64,000 nucleotides of DNA from Myxococcota bacterium (GTDB lineage Bacteria > Myxococcota_A > UBA9160 > SZUA-336): positions 1,472,001 through 1,536,000 of the forward strand of contig CBDFGR010000003.1 in the NCBI GenBank assembly GCA_965247115.1, in the 5' to 3' direction. The translations under genes and the position numbers were made by a program. Under the pieces are notes generated by a model. The model made no database searches, was not told the origin of the DNA, and saw only the letters and a program-made list of their open reading frames with translations. Position 1 is the stretch's first letter. Each line of letters begins with the position of its first letter. This document shows, piece by piece, positions 9,037-17,769 of the stretch.

Positions 9037-9379
9037 TCAGACCTTCTTGGCCTTCAGTCCGATCACGCGGCCGACGTAGCTCGGGATCGGGAGCTTCTCG
9101 TCGGCGGCCTGGATCTCGGCGAGGCGCGTATGGACTTCGGGGGCCATGGGCACGCTGCGGCGGGTCTTGGTGCTGACGTGGAACGACATCAGCTCGTTCG
9201 TCGAGGCGAGGAAGCCCTCCTCCGCGTGGTACATCTCGTGCGCGTAGTGGAAGCGCTTGGCGTCGCAGCCGAAGAGCTGGGTCGTGAAGCGGAGCGGGTC
9301 GCCAAGGCGGAGCTCGCGCTGGAAGGTGACGTGTGACTCCACGCTGAACGTGGTGACGTCGTTCGCTGCCTTGAAGTGC
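9037..9379 (-). pseudogene. Hot-dog fold acyl-CoA thioesterase, 5'-truncated at the IS
   Basis: HFKAANDVTTFSVESHVTFQRELRLGD...DAKRFHYAHEMYH...GRVIGL. The N-terminal WIDYNGHMN-type motif is absent on both sides of the IS. Confidence 0.75.
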
Positions 9380-9383
9380 CTAG

Positions 9384-10658
9384 CAGGCTGCTGAAAAACT
9401 CCTCATCGAAGGGTACCTTGGGAGCGAGCCCCAAAGGGGGAGGCGTGAGAGGACAGGGGACGCTTCAGGGCGGGATGTTCAGCTACGTGTCGCTGGAGTC
9501 GCGGATTCCGGATGATCATCCGCTTCGAGCGATGCGGCGCATGGTCGACACGGCGCTGCAGCGGCTATCGCCGCGCTTCGACGCGATCTACGCCAGAGGC
9601 GTAGGGCGCCCGTCCGTGCCCCCGGAGCAGCTGCTGCGCGCCCTGCTGCTGCAGGTGCTCTACACCATCCGGAGCGAGCGGCAGCTGGTGGAGCAGCTGG
9701 AGTACAACCTGCTGTATCGCTGGTTCGTGGGTCTGGAGCTTGACGAGGTGGTGTTCAGCGCCACGGTGTTCACGAAGAACCGAGACCGGCTGCTCAAGGG
9801 CGAGATTGCCGAGCACTTCTTCGACGCAGTGCTGGAGCAGGCCGAGACCGAGGGATGGGTGTCGTTGGAGCACTTCACGGTAGACGGGACGCTGATCGAG
9901 GCGTGGGCGAGCCAGAAGAGCTTCGTACGGAAGGACGAGGAACGGAGAGACGACGATGACCCGGGCAACCCGACGGTGAACTTCCGAGGCGAGAAGCGGA
10001 GCAACCAGACGCATGCGTCGACGACGGATCCCGACGCACGACTCGCCGGTATGAGAGGCCAAGGCGCCCGACTCGCGTACCAGGGACACGTGGTGACGGA
10101 GAACCGGAACGGCTTGGTGGTCGCGGCGAAGCTCACGCAGGCGTCGGGATATGCGGAGCGCGAAGCGGCGCTCGAGATGGTGGAAGGTCTGGGAGGCGGG
10201 CGTCGGAGGACATTGGGCGGAGACAAGGGCTTCGACACGAAGGGGTTCGTGGAAGAGCTTCGAGAGTTGGGCGTGACCCCACACGTGGCGCAGAACACGA
10301 CGAATCGACGCAGCGCGATCGACGGGCGGACGACGCGCCACCGGGGCTACGAACTGAGTCAGCGTTTTCGCAAACGGGTGGAAGAGGTCTTCGGCTGGAT
10401 GAAGACCGTGGGGCTGATGCGCAAGACCCGACACCGCGGCACGGATCGGGTCGGCTGGGTCTTCACCTTCACGGCCGCAGCCTACAACCTGATCCGGATC
10501 CGCAAGCTGCTGGAGGCCACGTAGGTCATGTGCGAAACCGCCCCGCGATCAGCGGAGCCCAAGACCGGTTCGAACCGGGAATCGCGCCCCGCCCCTCGGC
10601 CGGTGAACCCCCTCGTCGGAAGGACCACCCCTCAACCAGTCACTTTCTCCGCAGCCTG
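9384..10658 (+). mobile_element. IS5-family insertion sequence (1275 bp) flanked by CTAG
   Basis: IRL CAGGCTGCTGAAAAA at 9384; IRR reverse complement CAGGCTGCGGAGAAA ending at 10658; CTAG at 9380-9383 and 10659-10662. Confidence 0.9.
9445..10524 (+). CDS. IS5-family DDE transposase
   Basis: MFSYVSLESRIPDDHPLR, GRPSVPPEQLL, VDGTLIEAWAS, GDKGFD, RKRVEEVFGW. GTG start after a GGGGAGG SD. Confidence 0.93.
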   Translation: MRGQGTLQGGMFSYVSLESRIPDDHPLRAMRRMVDTALQRLSPRFDAIYARGVGRPSVPPEQLLRALLLQVLYTIRSERQLVEQLEYNLLYRWFVGLELDEVVFSATVFTKNRDRLLKGEIAEHFFDAVLEQAETEGWVSLEHFTVDGTLIEAWASQKSFVRKDEERRDDDDPGNPTVNFRGEKRSNQTHASTTDPDARLAGMRGQGARLAYQGHVVTENRNGLVVAAKLTQASGYAEREAALEMVEGLGGGRRRTLGGDKGFDTKGFVEELRELGVTPHVAQNTTNRRSAIDGRTTRHRGYELSQRFRKRVEEVFGWMKTVGLMRKTRHRGTDRVGWVFTFTAAAYNLIRIRKLLEAT

Positions 10659-10732
10659 CTAGGCAGCGGCCGAATGCTGTTGATCTCGACTTCCCACGGG
10701 GCCAAAGTGGAGTCGGGAAGGACGGGACCGGT

Positions 10733-13700
10733 GTGAGCATCCTCGAGACCATCGAGAGCGCGAGGGCCTTTCTGGAGCGCAACGGGCGCGTCTCCCTCCG
10801 CGTCTTGAAGCGCGAGTTCGAGCTCGACGACGAAACTCTCGACGAGCTGGTCGAGGAGCTCGTCGACGTGCAGCAGGTGGCGGCTCGCAAGGGCAAGGTC
10901 CTCTCGTGGGTTATCCCGGTCCCTAGCAGGACGGTCGCCGAGGAGCCGGAGACGCAGGCCGCTCCCACGCCTACGCCGCAGCTATCCGCGCCCCCCCAAG
11001 TCGCCGAGGGCGAGCACCGCCAGCTCACCGTGATGTTCTGCGACCTGGTCGGCTCCACTGAGCTCTCCGAGCGTCTCGACGCCGAAGCCCTGTCCGAAGT
11101 TGTAACCGCTTATCAGAAGACCTGCGCCGCGAGCATCGAGAGCTTCGATGGACACATTGCCCAGTATCTCGGCGACGGCGTGCTCGTCTACTTTGGCTAC
11201 CCGCTCGCGCACGAGGACGACGCGATGCGTGCGATCCACGCGGCCTTGCGCATCCTCGAGGAAGTTCCAGGACTGAACAGCCGTCTGGTCGAGGAACACG
11301 CGGCGTTGCGTGAGCAGCCGTTGCAGGTACGCGTCGGAATTCACACGGGCCCGGTCGTCGTGGGCGAGCTGGGAAGTGGTGAGAAGCGCGAACGACTTGC
11401 GCTGGGCAACACCGTGAACATTGCGGCGCGGCTCGAGGGGGAGGCCGAACCGGGCTCGATCGTCGTGAGCAACGCGACGCGGCACCTGGTGCGGGGCGTG
11501 TTCGTCTTCGAGGAGCTTGGGGAACGTTCGCTCAAGGGAATCGAAGGGCCGGTCGCCCTCTCTCGCCCCGTGCAAGCGACGGGTGGTGTTCGGAGTCGGC
11601 TCGCGCTGGCCGAAGCCTCGGGGCTTACACCCCTGGTCGGACGCGAGCAGCAGGTCGGACTCGTGCTCGAGCGCTGGGAGGAGGCAAAGGCGGGACACGG
11701 CCAGGTGGTCTTGCTCTCGGGCGAGGCGGGGATGGGCAAGTCGCGTTTGATCGAAGTGCTGCGTAAGCACGCCGCGGACGAGCCCCATACCTGGAACGAA
11801 CTGCGCGGCTCGGCCTACCACCAGAACAGCGCTTTCCACCCCGTGATCGAGCTCATCGAGCGGGCGGTGATGTTCACGGAAACCGATTCGCCCGAGGCGC
11901 GCGTGGCGAAGCTCGCGCGAGCGCTCGGCTACTCGGGCTTTCCGACCGAAGAGATCCTCCTGCTCGTTGCCGACTTTCTCGGTCTGCCCCCGCCCGAGAA
12001 CTTGCCTCCGCTGGCGCTCAGCCCCGAGGCGCGGCGAAGGAGGATTCTGGAGACGTTTGCGGTGTGGCCGGTTGCGCTCGCGCAGCGGCAACCCATGATC
12101 ATGATCGCGGAGGATCTGCACTGGTACGACCCCTCCAGTCTGGAAGCCGTGGGCATGCTGATCGAGCAGGTCCCCGCGGCTCCGATTCTCTTGATCGCCA
12201 CCTTCCGCCCCGAATTCGAACCGCCCTGGCCGAGCCGCGCGCGGCTGATGCATCTGCCCCTCCAGCCGCTGACTCCCAAGCAGAGCGAGGCGATGGCCCG
12301 CTACCTCACCGGCGGCAAGCAGCTGCCGCTCAAGGTGCGGGAGGAGATCGTGGCCAAGACGGACGGTGTACCTCTCTTCGTGGAGGAGCTCACGAAGAGC
12401 ATCCTGGAGTCGGACTTGGTGGTGGAGAGCGATGAGCGCTTCGAGCGGAGCGATCCCCTGCCGGATCTTGCGATTCCAACGACCCTTCGCGACTCGCTCA
12501 CGGCGCGACTCGATCGGCTCGGGCCTGCAAAGGAGGTGGCTCAGCTCGCGTCAGTGCTCGGACGCGAATTCTCTCACGATGTGCTCCGGATCGTCTCGCC
12601 CTTGGAGCCTGCAGCGTTGGATCAGGCCCTCGGGGAGCTGGTCGGCGCGGGCCTTCTGTACCAGCGAGGCATCCCGCCGCTCGCCACCTATGTCTTCAAG
12701 CACGCCCTGATCCAGGACGCGGCGTACCAGTCGCTGCTCAAGAAGACGCGGCGCGAACACCACGCGCGGATCGCACAGGTGCTCGAGGAGCGTATCCCAG
12801 AGCGTGCCGCGATCGAGCCGGAGGTCCTGGCGCGCCACTACGAGGAGGCGGGGCTCGCCGCACGGGCGATTGCCTTCTACGAGCGGGCGGGCCAGCGGGC
12901 GACCGAGCGGTCGGCAAGCGCCGAGGCGATTGAGCATCTCTCGAAAGGGATCGAGCTCCTTCGTACCCTCCCGGGAGGCCCCGATCGAGACCGCCGCGAG
13001 CTCCGTCTCCGGCTCGCCCTTGGGGCTCCCTTGCATAGCGCCCGCGGTCAGGGAAGCGCCGAGGTCGAGGAAACCTATGCTCGGGCGCTCGAACTCTGCC
13101 GGGAGGTCGGCGACCCACCGGAGCTGTTTCAGGCGCTCTCGGGACTCCAGATCTTCTATAGGAACCAGGGGCCGGTCGCGCGCGCCATCGAGCTCGGCGA
13201 GGAGCTGCTCGAACTCGCGGAGCGGACGGGCGACACCTCGCAACTCCTGCTCGCTCACTCCGGCCTCGCCCACTCCCTCTTCCCTCACGGGGACTTCTCC
13301 AAGGCGTTGGAGCACTGCGAGCAGGCACTCGCTGTCTACGATCCGAGCGAGCATCGATCACTCGCGTACGTCTACGGGCTGGATCCGGGGATCAGCTCGC
13401 TGAACCTCTCGTCGTGGGCTCTCTGGCAGCTCGGCTTTCCAGAGCGCGCCTTGCAGCGGAGCGAGCAGTCGATCGAGCTGGCGCGGGAAGGCACCCATCT
13501 GTTCAGCATCGCCTCCGCCCTCGTATATGCCGCAGTCGTTCATCTCCTGCGCGGGGAGCCCCCGGCAGCGATGGAGCGGGCCGAGGAAGCGATCGCCATT
13601 TCGACGCAGCATGGTCTGCCGGTCTGGTTGGCCTTTGGGCTACTCCTGCGCGCCTGGGCTCTCTCGCGCGTCGACGACGTGGAGGGCGCCGGCCGCACGA

Positions 13701-14161
13701 TCGGCGAAATGCAGCAGGCCGTGGCCCAGGCGCAAGGAAGTGGCAACGTCCTGTCCATTCCCGGTCCCCTCGGCCTGGCGGCGGAGACGTTCCGCAGGGT
13801 CGGGCGGCTGGAGGAGGCGCTGGGTTCCGTCAACGCTGGGCTCGCCCGGTCGGCCGAGGGACACGTGCCCTTCTGGGACGTGGAGCTCCACCGGTTGAAG
13901 GGAGAGATCCGGCTGGCGCAGGACCCCGCCGCGGTCGAGGAAGCCGAAAGCCTCTTCCTTCGGGCGATCGAGATCGCGAAGAGCCAGGAGGCAAAATCCT
14001 TCGAGCTCCGCGCGGCCACGAGCCTCGCCCGCCTCTGGCCCCGGCAGGGCAAGAAGGACGAGGCCCGCGAGCTCCTCGCTCCGATCTACGACTGGTTCAC
14101 CGAAGGCTTCGACACGCAGGACTTGAAGGACGCGCAGGCGCTGTTGGAGGAGCTGGCGTAG
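10733..14161 (+). CDS. Class III adenylate/guanylate cyclase domain + AAA/STAND ATPase + TPR-like protein
   Basis: TVMFCDLVGST, YLGDGVLVYFG, GNTVNIAARLE, Walker A GEAGMGKS, EDLHW, FKHALIQDAAY, and C-terminal ELRAATSLARLW...WFTEGFDT. Confidence 0.92.
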   Translation: MSILETIESARAFLERNGRVSLRVLKREFELDDETLDELVEELVDVQQVAARKGKVLSWVIPVPSRTVAEEPETQAAPTPTPQLSAPPQVAEGEHRQLTVMFCDLVGSTELSERLDAEALSEVVTAYQKTCAASIESFDGHIAQYLGDGVLVYFGYPLAHEDDAMRAIHAALRILEEVPGLNSRLVEEHAALREQPLQVRVGIHTGPVVVGELGSGEKRERLALGNTVNIAARLEGEAEPGSIVVSNATRHLVRGVFVFEELGERSLKGIEGPVALSRPVQATGGVRSRLALAEASGLTPLVGREQQVGLVLERWEEAKAGHGQVVLLSGEAGMGKSRLIEVLRKHAADEPHTWNELRGSAYHQNSAFHPVIELIERAVMFTETDSPEARVAKLARALGYSGFPTEEILLLVADFLGLPPPENLPPLALSPEARRRRILETFAVWPVALAQRQPMIMIAEDLHWYDPSSLEAVGMLIEQVPAAPILLIATFRPEFEPPWPSRARLMHLPLQPLTPKQSEAMARYLTGGKQLPLKVREEIVAKTDGVPLFVEELTKSILESDLVVESDERFERSDPLPDLAIPTTLRDSLTARLDRLGPAKEVAQLASVLGREFSHDVLRIVSPLEPAALDQALGELVGAGLLYQRGIPPLATYVFKHALIQDAAYQSLLKKTRREHHARIAQVLEERIPERAAIEPEVLARHYEEAGLAARAIAFYERAGQRATERSASAEAIEHLSKGIELLRTLPGGPDRDRRELRLRLALGAPLHSARGQGSAEVEETYARALELCREVGDPPELFQALSGLQIFYRNQGPVARAIELGEELLELAERTGDTSQLLLAHSGLAHSLFPHGDFSKALEHCEQALAVYDPSEHRSLAYVYGLDPGISSLNLSSWALWQLGFPERALQRSEQSIELAREGTHLFSIASALVYAAVVHLLRGEPPAAMERAEEAIAISTQHGLPVWLAFGLLLRAWALSRVDDVEGAGRTIGEMQQAVAQAQGSGNVLSIPGPLGLAAETFRRVGRLEEALGSVNAGLARSAEGHVPFWDVELHRLKGEIRLAQDPAAVEEAESLFLRAIEIAKSQEAKSFELRAATSLARLWPRQGKKDEARELLAPIYDWFTEGFDTQDLKDAQALLEELA

Positions 14162-14183
14162 GGAGCCCGATCCACAATATTTC

Positions 14184-14210
14184 GAACTTCTTTGTCCGGA
14201 CAAGAAGTTC
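14184..14210. terminator. Quasi-palindrome between convergent genes (possible bidirectional terminator)
   Basis: GAACTTC-T-TTGTCC|GGACAA-GAAGTTC. Confidence 0.4.
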
Positions 14211-14232
14211 AGATTAAGGACCGTCCCTAAGT

Positions 14233-15306
14233 TCAGACGCCGGCCACTTCTTTGTAGAGGGCGCGCATGTTGCTCGCGGATGCTCTCCATGACATCTCTC
14301 GGGCTCGCGCTAGGCCCAGGGTGCGGAGGCGGTCGGCGAGCTCGCTGTCGAGGAGGATTCTTCGCAGGGCGTCCGAGAGCGCGTCGACGTCGGTCGCGTT
14401 GATGAGGAGGGCCGCGTCGCCCGCTGCCTCGGGAAGCGAGGCCGCGCGCGAACAGACGACGGGCGTGCCGCACGCCATTGCCTCCAGGACCGTCAGTCCG
14501 AAGCCCTCGTAGAGACTGGGCACGGCGCATACGCGCGCCGCGCTGATGAGGGCGACGAGGTCGGTGTGGGAGAGGGACTCGAGACGGGTGACGCGGTCCT
14601 GCATCTTCGTTGTCCGGATCGTCTCCTGGACTGCAGGCTCTGCGTCTGCGGCCCGTCCGACGAGCACGAGGCGAACGCCCTCGAGCGGGGCCACCGCGCG
14701 CACGAGGGTCTCGAAGTTCTTGCGGGGCGTCACGATGCCGATCGAGATGACGTAGTCGCCGTGCTTCGCTCGGAGCCTCTCCACATCCGCCTGAGAAGCT
14801 GGCGCATACGCATCGGCATCGACCCCGAGCAGAACGGGATGGACGCGATCCCGCGAGAGCCGGTATTCCTCGCGGACCTCGCGAGCCGTGAACTTGCTGT
14901 ACGTGACGACGTGGTCGGCGCGTCCGACGGCCTCGCGGATGCGCCGGCTGCGGCGCTCGTGCCACCTCTCGGTCACCCACTGGACGTTCCGCACGGCGTT
15001 CAGGTCGTGCACCGTCACGAGCTTGGTGATGCGCGGCGTGCGGGGCACGTAGATGCCCATGGAGTGCAGCAGGCGGTCGCCGACCAGCGGGAGGGCGTTC
15101 AACGGATCCTGCAGCACGCGAATGCGCGCGTTGGGCGCGTCTGGCCGGAACAGGTGACCCTTGCGCCAGCGCGAGAGCCGGTAGCAGAGGTGGTAGCGCG
15201 TCTCCGGGTCGAGCTGCAGCAGCTCGCCAACGATGTGTCGGATGGCTCCGCCGATTCCGCCGTACGGGGGTCTGCCCGCCGCCGAGCTGACCTCGAGCGC
15301 GATCAT
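14233..15306 (-). CDS. Glycosyltransferase family 4
   Basis: VTVHDL, PRKNF, PSLYEGFGLTVLEAMACGTPVV. Confidence 0.92.
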   Translation of the reverse strand: MIALEVSSAAGRPPYGGIGGAIRHIVGELLQLDPETRYHLCYRLSRWRKGHLFRPDAPNARIRVLQDPLNALPLVGDRLLHSMGIYVPRTPRITKLVTVHDLNAVRNVQWVTERWHERRSRRIREAVGRADHVVTYSKFTAREVREEYRLSRDRVHPVLLGVDADAYAPASQADVERLRAKHGDYVISIGIVTPRKNFETLVRAVAPLEGVRLVLVGRAADAEPAVQETIRTTKMQDRVTRLESLSHTDLVALISAARVCAVPSLYEGFGLTVLEAMACGTPVVCSRAASLPEAAGDAALLINATDVDALSDALRRILLDSELADRLRTLGLARAREMSWRASASNMRALYKEVAGV

Positions 15307-15355
15307 CAACCACTTGATACCGGAAAAGGGCACCGGACGGTATGCTTCGTCGCCC

Positions 15356-17299
15356 GTGCCAGAGAAGCAGATCGCACCCTACGGAGCCTGGAAGTCGCTG
15401 ATCACCGCCGAGACGCTGGCGCAGCAGACCGTTGGGCTCGGCGAGATGCGTGTATCCGACCAGGACCTCTACTGGATCGAGTCGCGTCCGACAGAGGCCG
15501 GTCGCAACGTGGTCGTGCGGCGCTCCACCGACGGTGCAACCGCCGACGTGACGCCGACCGGCTACAACGCGCGGACGCTGGTTCACGAGTACGGCGGCGG
15601 CGCCTACGCGGTGGCCGGCAGCACCGTCTTCTTCGCGAACTTCGAGGACCAGCGCGTGTACCGGCAGCAGGTCGGAGGCAGGCCCACTCCCGTCAGTCCG
15701 GAGCCGCCGCGTCCGCGCGCTCTTCGCTACGCAGACTTCGAGATCTCCCCCGACGGGAGCCTTCTCTACTGCGTTCGCGAGACCCACCCCGATGGTGGCG
15801 GAGCGCGGAACGAGATCGTCTGTCTGTCTACGGATGGCTCGAGCGAGCCCGTGATGCTGGCGGGCGGACATGACTTCGTCTCGTATCCGAGGCTGAGCCC
15901 CGATGGAGCTCAACTGGTCTGGACCACGTGGGACCACCCGCAGATGCCCTGGGACGGAACCGAGCTCTGGATCGGCGAGCTCGTCGCGAACGGGCTCGAA
16001 GATATCCGGAAGCTGGCAGGCGGCCGCGACGAGTCGATCTACCAGCCGACGTTCAGTCCCGACGGCGTGTTGCACTTCGTCTCGGACCGGAGCGGTTGGT
16101 GGAATCTCTACCGCTGGCAGGACGGAGAGGCGGAGCCGCTGCTGCCGATGGAGGCCGAGTTCGGACGCCCGCAGTGGGGCTTTGCCGGCGCTACCTACGC
16201 CTTCCTGCCCGACGGTCGGCTGGTCTGCATCTGGGGCTCGAAGGGGATCGAGCATCTCGGCGTGCTCGACACCGCAGGGCTTCGCGAGATCGAGACCCCG
16301 TTTGTGGGCTTCGGACGCATCACGGCGAGGGAGTCCGAAGGCTCGCCCGTGGTGTCGCTGGTCGCCGCCTCGCAGACGAGCTCCTCGGCCGTCGTTTCGA
16401 TCGAGGTGCAGAGCGGAAGCGTCGAGGTGATCAAGCGCTCGCACTCCGCGGAGCTGGACGCCGATTGGATCTCGGTTCCCGAGGGGCTGGAGTTTCCGAC
16501 GGACGGCGGCAGGACCGCGCACGCATTCTTCTACGTTCCCCGAAACGCGGGCTTCTCCGGGCAGAGCGACGCCCACCCCCCACTCATCGTGATGAGCCAC
16601 GGAGGGCCCACCGGCGCCACCTCCAGCGCGTTCCGGCTCGGCATTCAGTACTGGACCAGTCGCGGATTCGCGGTCGTCGATGTGAACTATGGTGGGAGTA
16701 CGGGCTACGGACGCGCCTATCGAGAGCGTCTGCGCGGGAACTGGGGCGTGGTCGACACGGAGGACTGCATCCGTGTAGCGCAACATCTGGCTGAACAGGG
16801 CCGCGTGGACGGCGCGCGCATGGCGATTCGCGGTGGAAGTGCCGGGGGATACACGACTCTGTGTGCACTGACGTTTCACGACGTCTTCGCGGCGGGCGCG
16901 AGTCACTACGGCATTGCCGATGCAGAGGCGCTCGCGCGCGACACGCACAAGTTCGAGTCGCGCTACCTGGACTCGATGATCGGGCCGTACCCTCAGGAGC
17001 GCGCCCTCTACAGAGAGCGCTCGCCCATCCACTTTGCCGAGCAGCTCTCCTGCCCGTTGCTCCTGCTTCAGGGGCTCGAGGACGCGGTCGTGCCGCCGCA
17101 GCAGGCAGAGGTGATGGTAGAGGCCCTGCGCAAACGAGGGCTGCCCCATGCGTACCTCGCCTTCGAGGGCGAGCAGCACGGCTTCCGCCGCTCCGAGAAC
17201 ATCGTCCGCGCGATCGAGGCGGAGCTGTTCTTCTACGGGCGTGTATTCGGGTTCGACCCTGCCGATCCAATCGAGCCCATCGAGATCGAGAATCTCTGA
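15356..17299 (+). CDS. S9 family peptidase (dipeptidyl aminopeptidase/acylaminoacyl peptidase)
   Basis: APYGAWKS, HGGPT, nucleophile GGSAGG, QGLEDAVV, EQHGFR. Confidence 0.93.
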   Translation: MPEKQIAPYGAWKSLITAETLAQQTVGLGEMRVSDQDLYWIESRPTEAGRNVVVRRSTDGATADVTPTGYNARTLVHEYGGGAYAVAGSTVFFANFEDQRVYRQQVGGRPTPVSPEPPRPRALRYADFEISPDGSLLYCVRETHPDGGGARNEIVCLSTDGSSEPVMLAGGHDFVSYPRLSPDGAQLVWTTWDHPQMPWDGTELWIGELVANGLEDIRKLAGGRDESIYQPTFSPDGVLHFVSDRSGWWNLYRWQDGEAEPLLPMEAEFGRPQWGFAGATYAFLPDGRLVCIWGSKGIEHLGVLDTAGLREIETPFVGFGRITARESEGSPVVSLVAASQTSSSAVVSIEVQSGSVEVIKRSHSAELDADWISVPEGLEFPTDGGRTAHAFFYVPRNAGFSGQSDAHPPLIVMSHGGPTGATSSAFRLGIQYWTSRGFAVVDVNYGGSTGYGRAYRERLRGNWGVVDTEDCIRVAQHLAEQGRVDGARMAIRGGSAGGYTTLCALTFHDVFAAGASHYGIADAEALARDTHKFESRYLDSMIGPYPQERALYRERSPIHFAEQLSCPLLLLQGLEDAVVPPQQAEVMVEALRKRGLPHAYLAFEGEQHGFRRSENIVRAIEAELFFYGRVFGFDPADPIEPIEIENL

Positions 17300-17360
17300 G
17301 CCCGGGGCTCGCCGCTGGGGCTTGTCTTGCCCCCCGCTGCCCGGCACCTTACCCCGGGTC

Positions 17361-17448
<88 letters not shown>

Positions 17449-17468
17449 CAAGACCTGGAGCTCCAGCG

Positions 17469-17558
17469 GGAGAGATGGCCGAGTGGTTTAAGGCGCACGG
17501 TTGGAAACCGTGTGTGCGTTTACGCGTACCGTGGGTTCGAATCCCACTCTCTCCGCCA
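17469..17558 (+). tRNA. tRNA-Ser(GGA)
   Basis: Anticodon arm CACGG-TT-GGA-AA-CCGTG, long variable arm, CCA end. Confidence 0.96.
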
Positions 17559-17613
17559 ATTTGCTACGTTGCGTGTCCCTCGGGCCGGGCTGTCCGGGGA
17601 TAGATCTGGCCCT

Positions 17614-17690
17614 GCGCCCGTAGCTCAGCTGGATAGAGTGCCAGGTTGCGGACCTGGAGGCCGCAGGTTCGAATCCTGCCGGGCGCGCCA
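17614..17690 (+). tRNA. tRNA-Arg(GCG)
   Basis: GCGCCCG acceptor, anticodon arm CCAGG-TT-GCG-GA-CCTGG (anticodon 17648-17650), CCA end. Confidence 0.93.
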
Positions 17691-17769
17691 GATTCCGCCC
17701 TCCGTTAGAGGACTTGCGCGTTAAGAGCGGACCTATCTCGGTGTAGAGGCGGTGGGCTTCGCGGAGTGC

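Noticed and set aside
10733..14161. Cyclase as the source of the riboswitch ligand
   Set aside because: It is a class III mononucleotide cyclase type, not GGDEF/CD-NTase, and lies 24 kb away with no evidence of linkage.
13640..17347. 1235-aa minus-strand ORF, and similar long ORFs such as 4220-7441, 39038-41173 and 46979-48688
   Set aside because: Shadow frames of well-supported genes in high-GC DNA, with no recognisable motifs.
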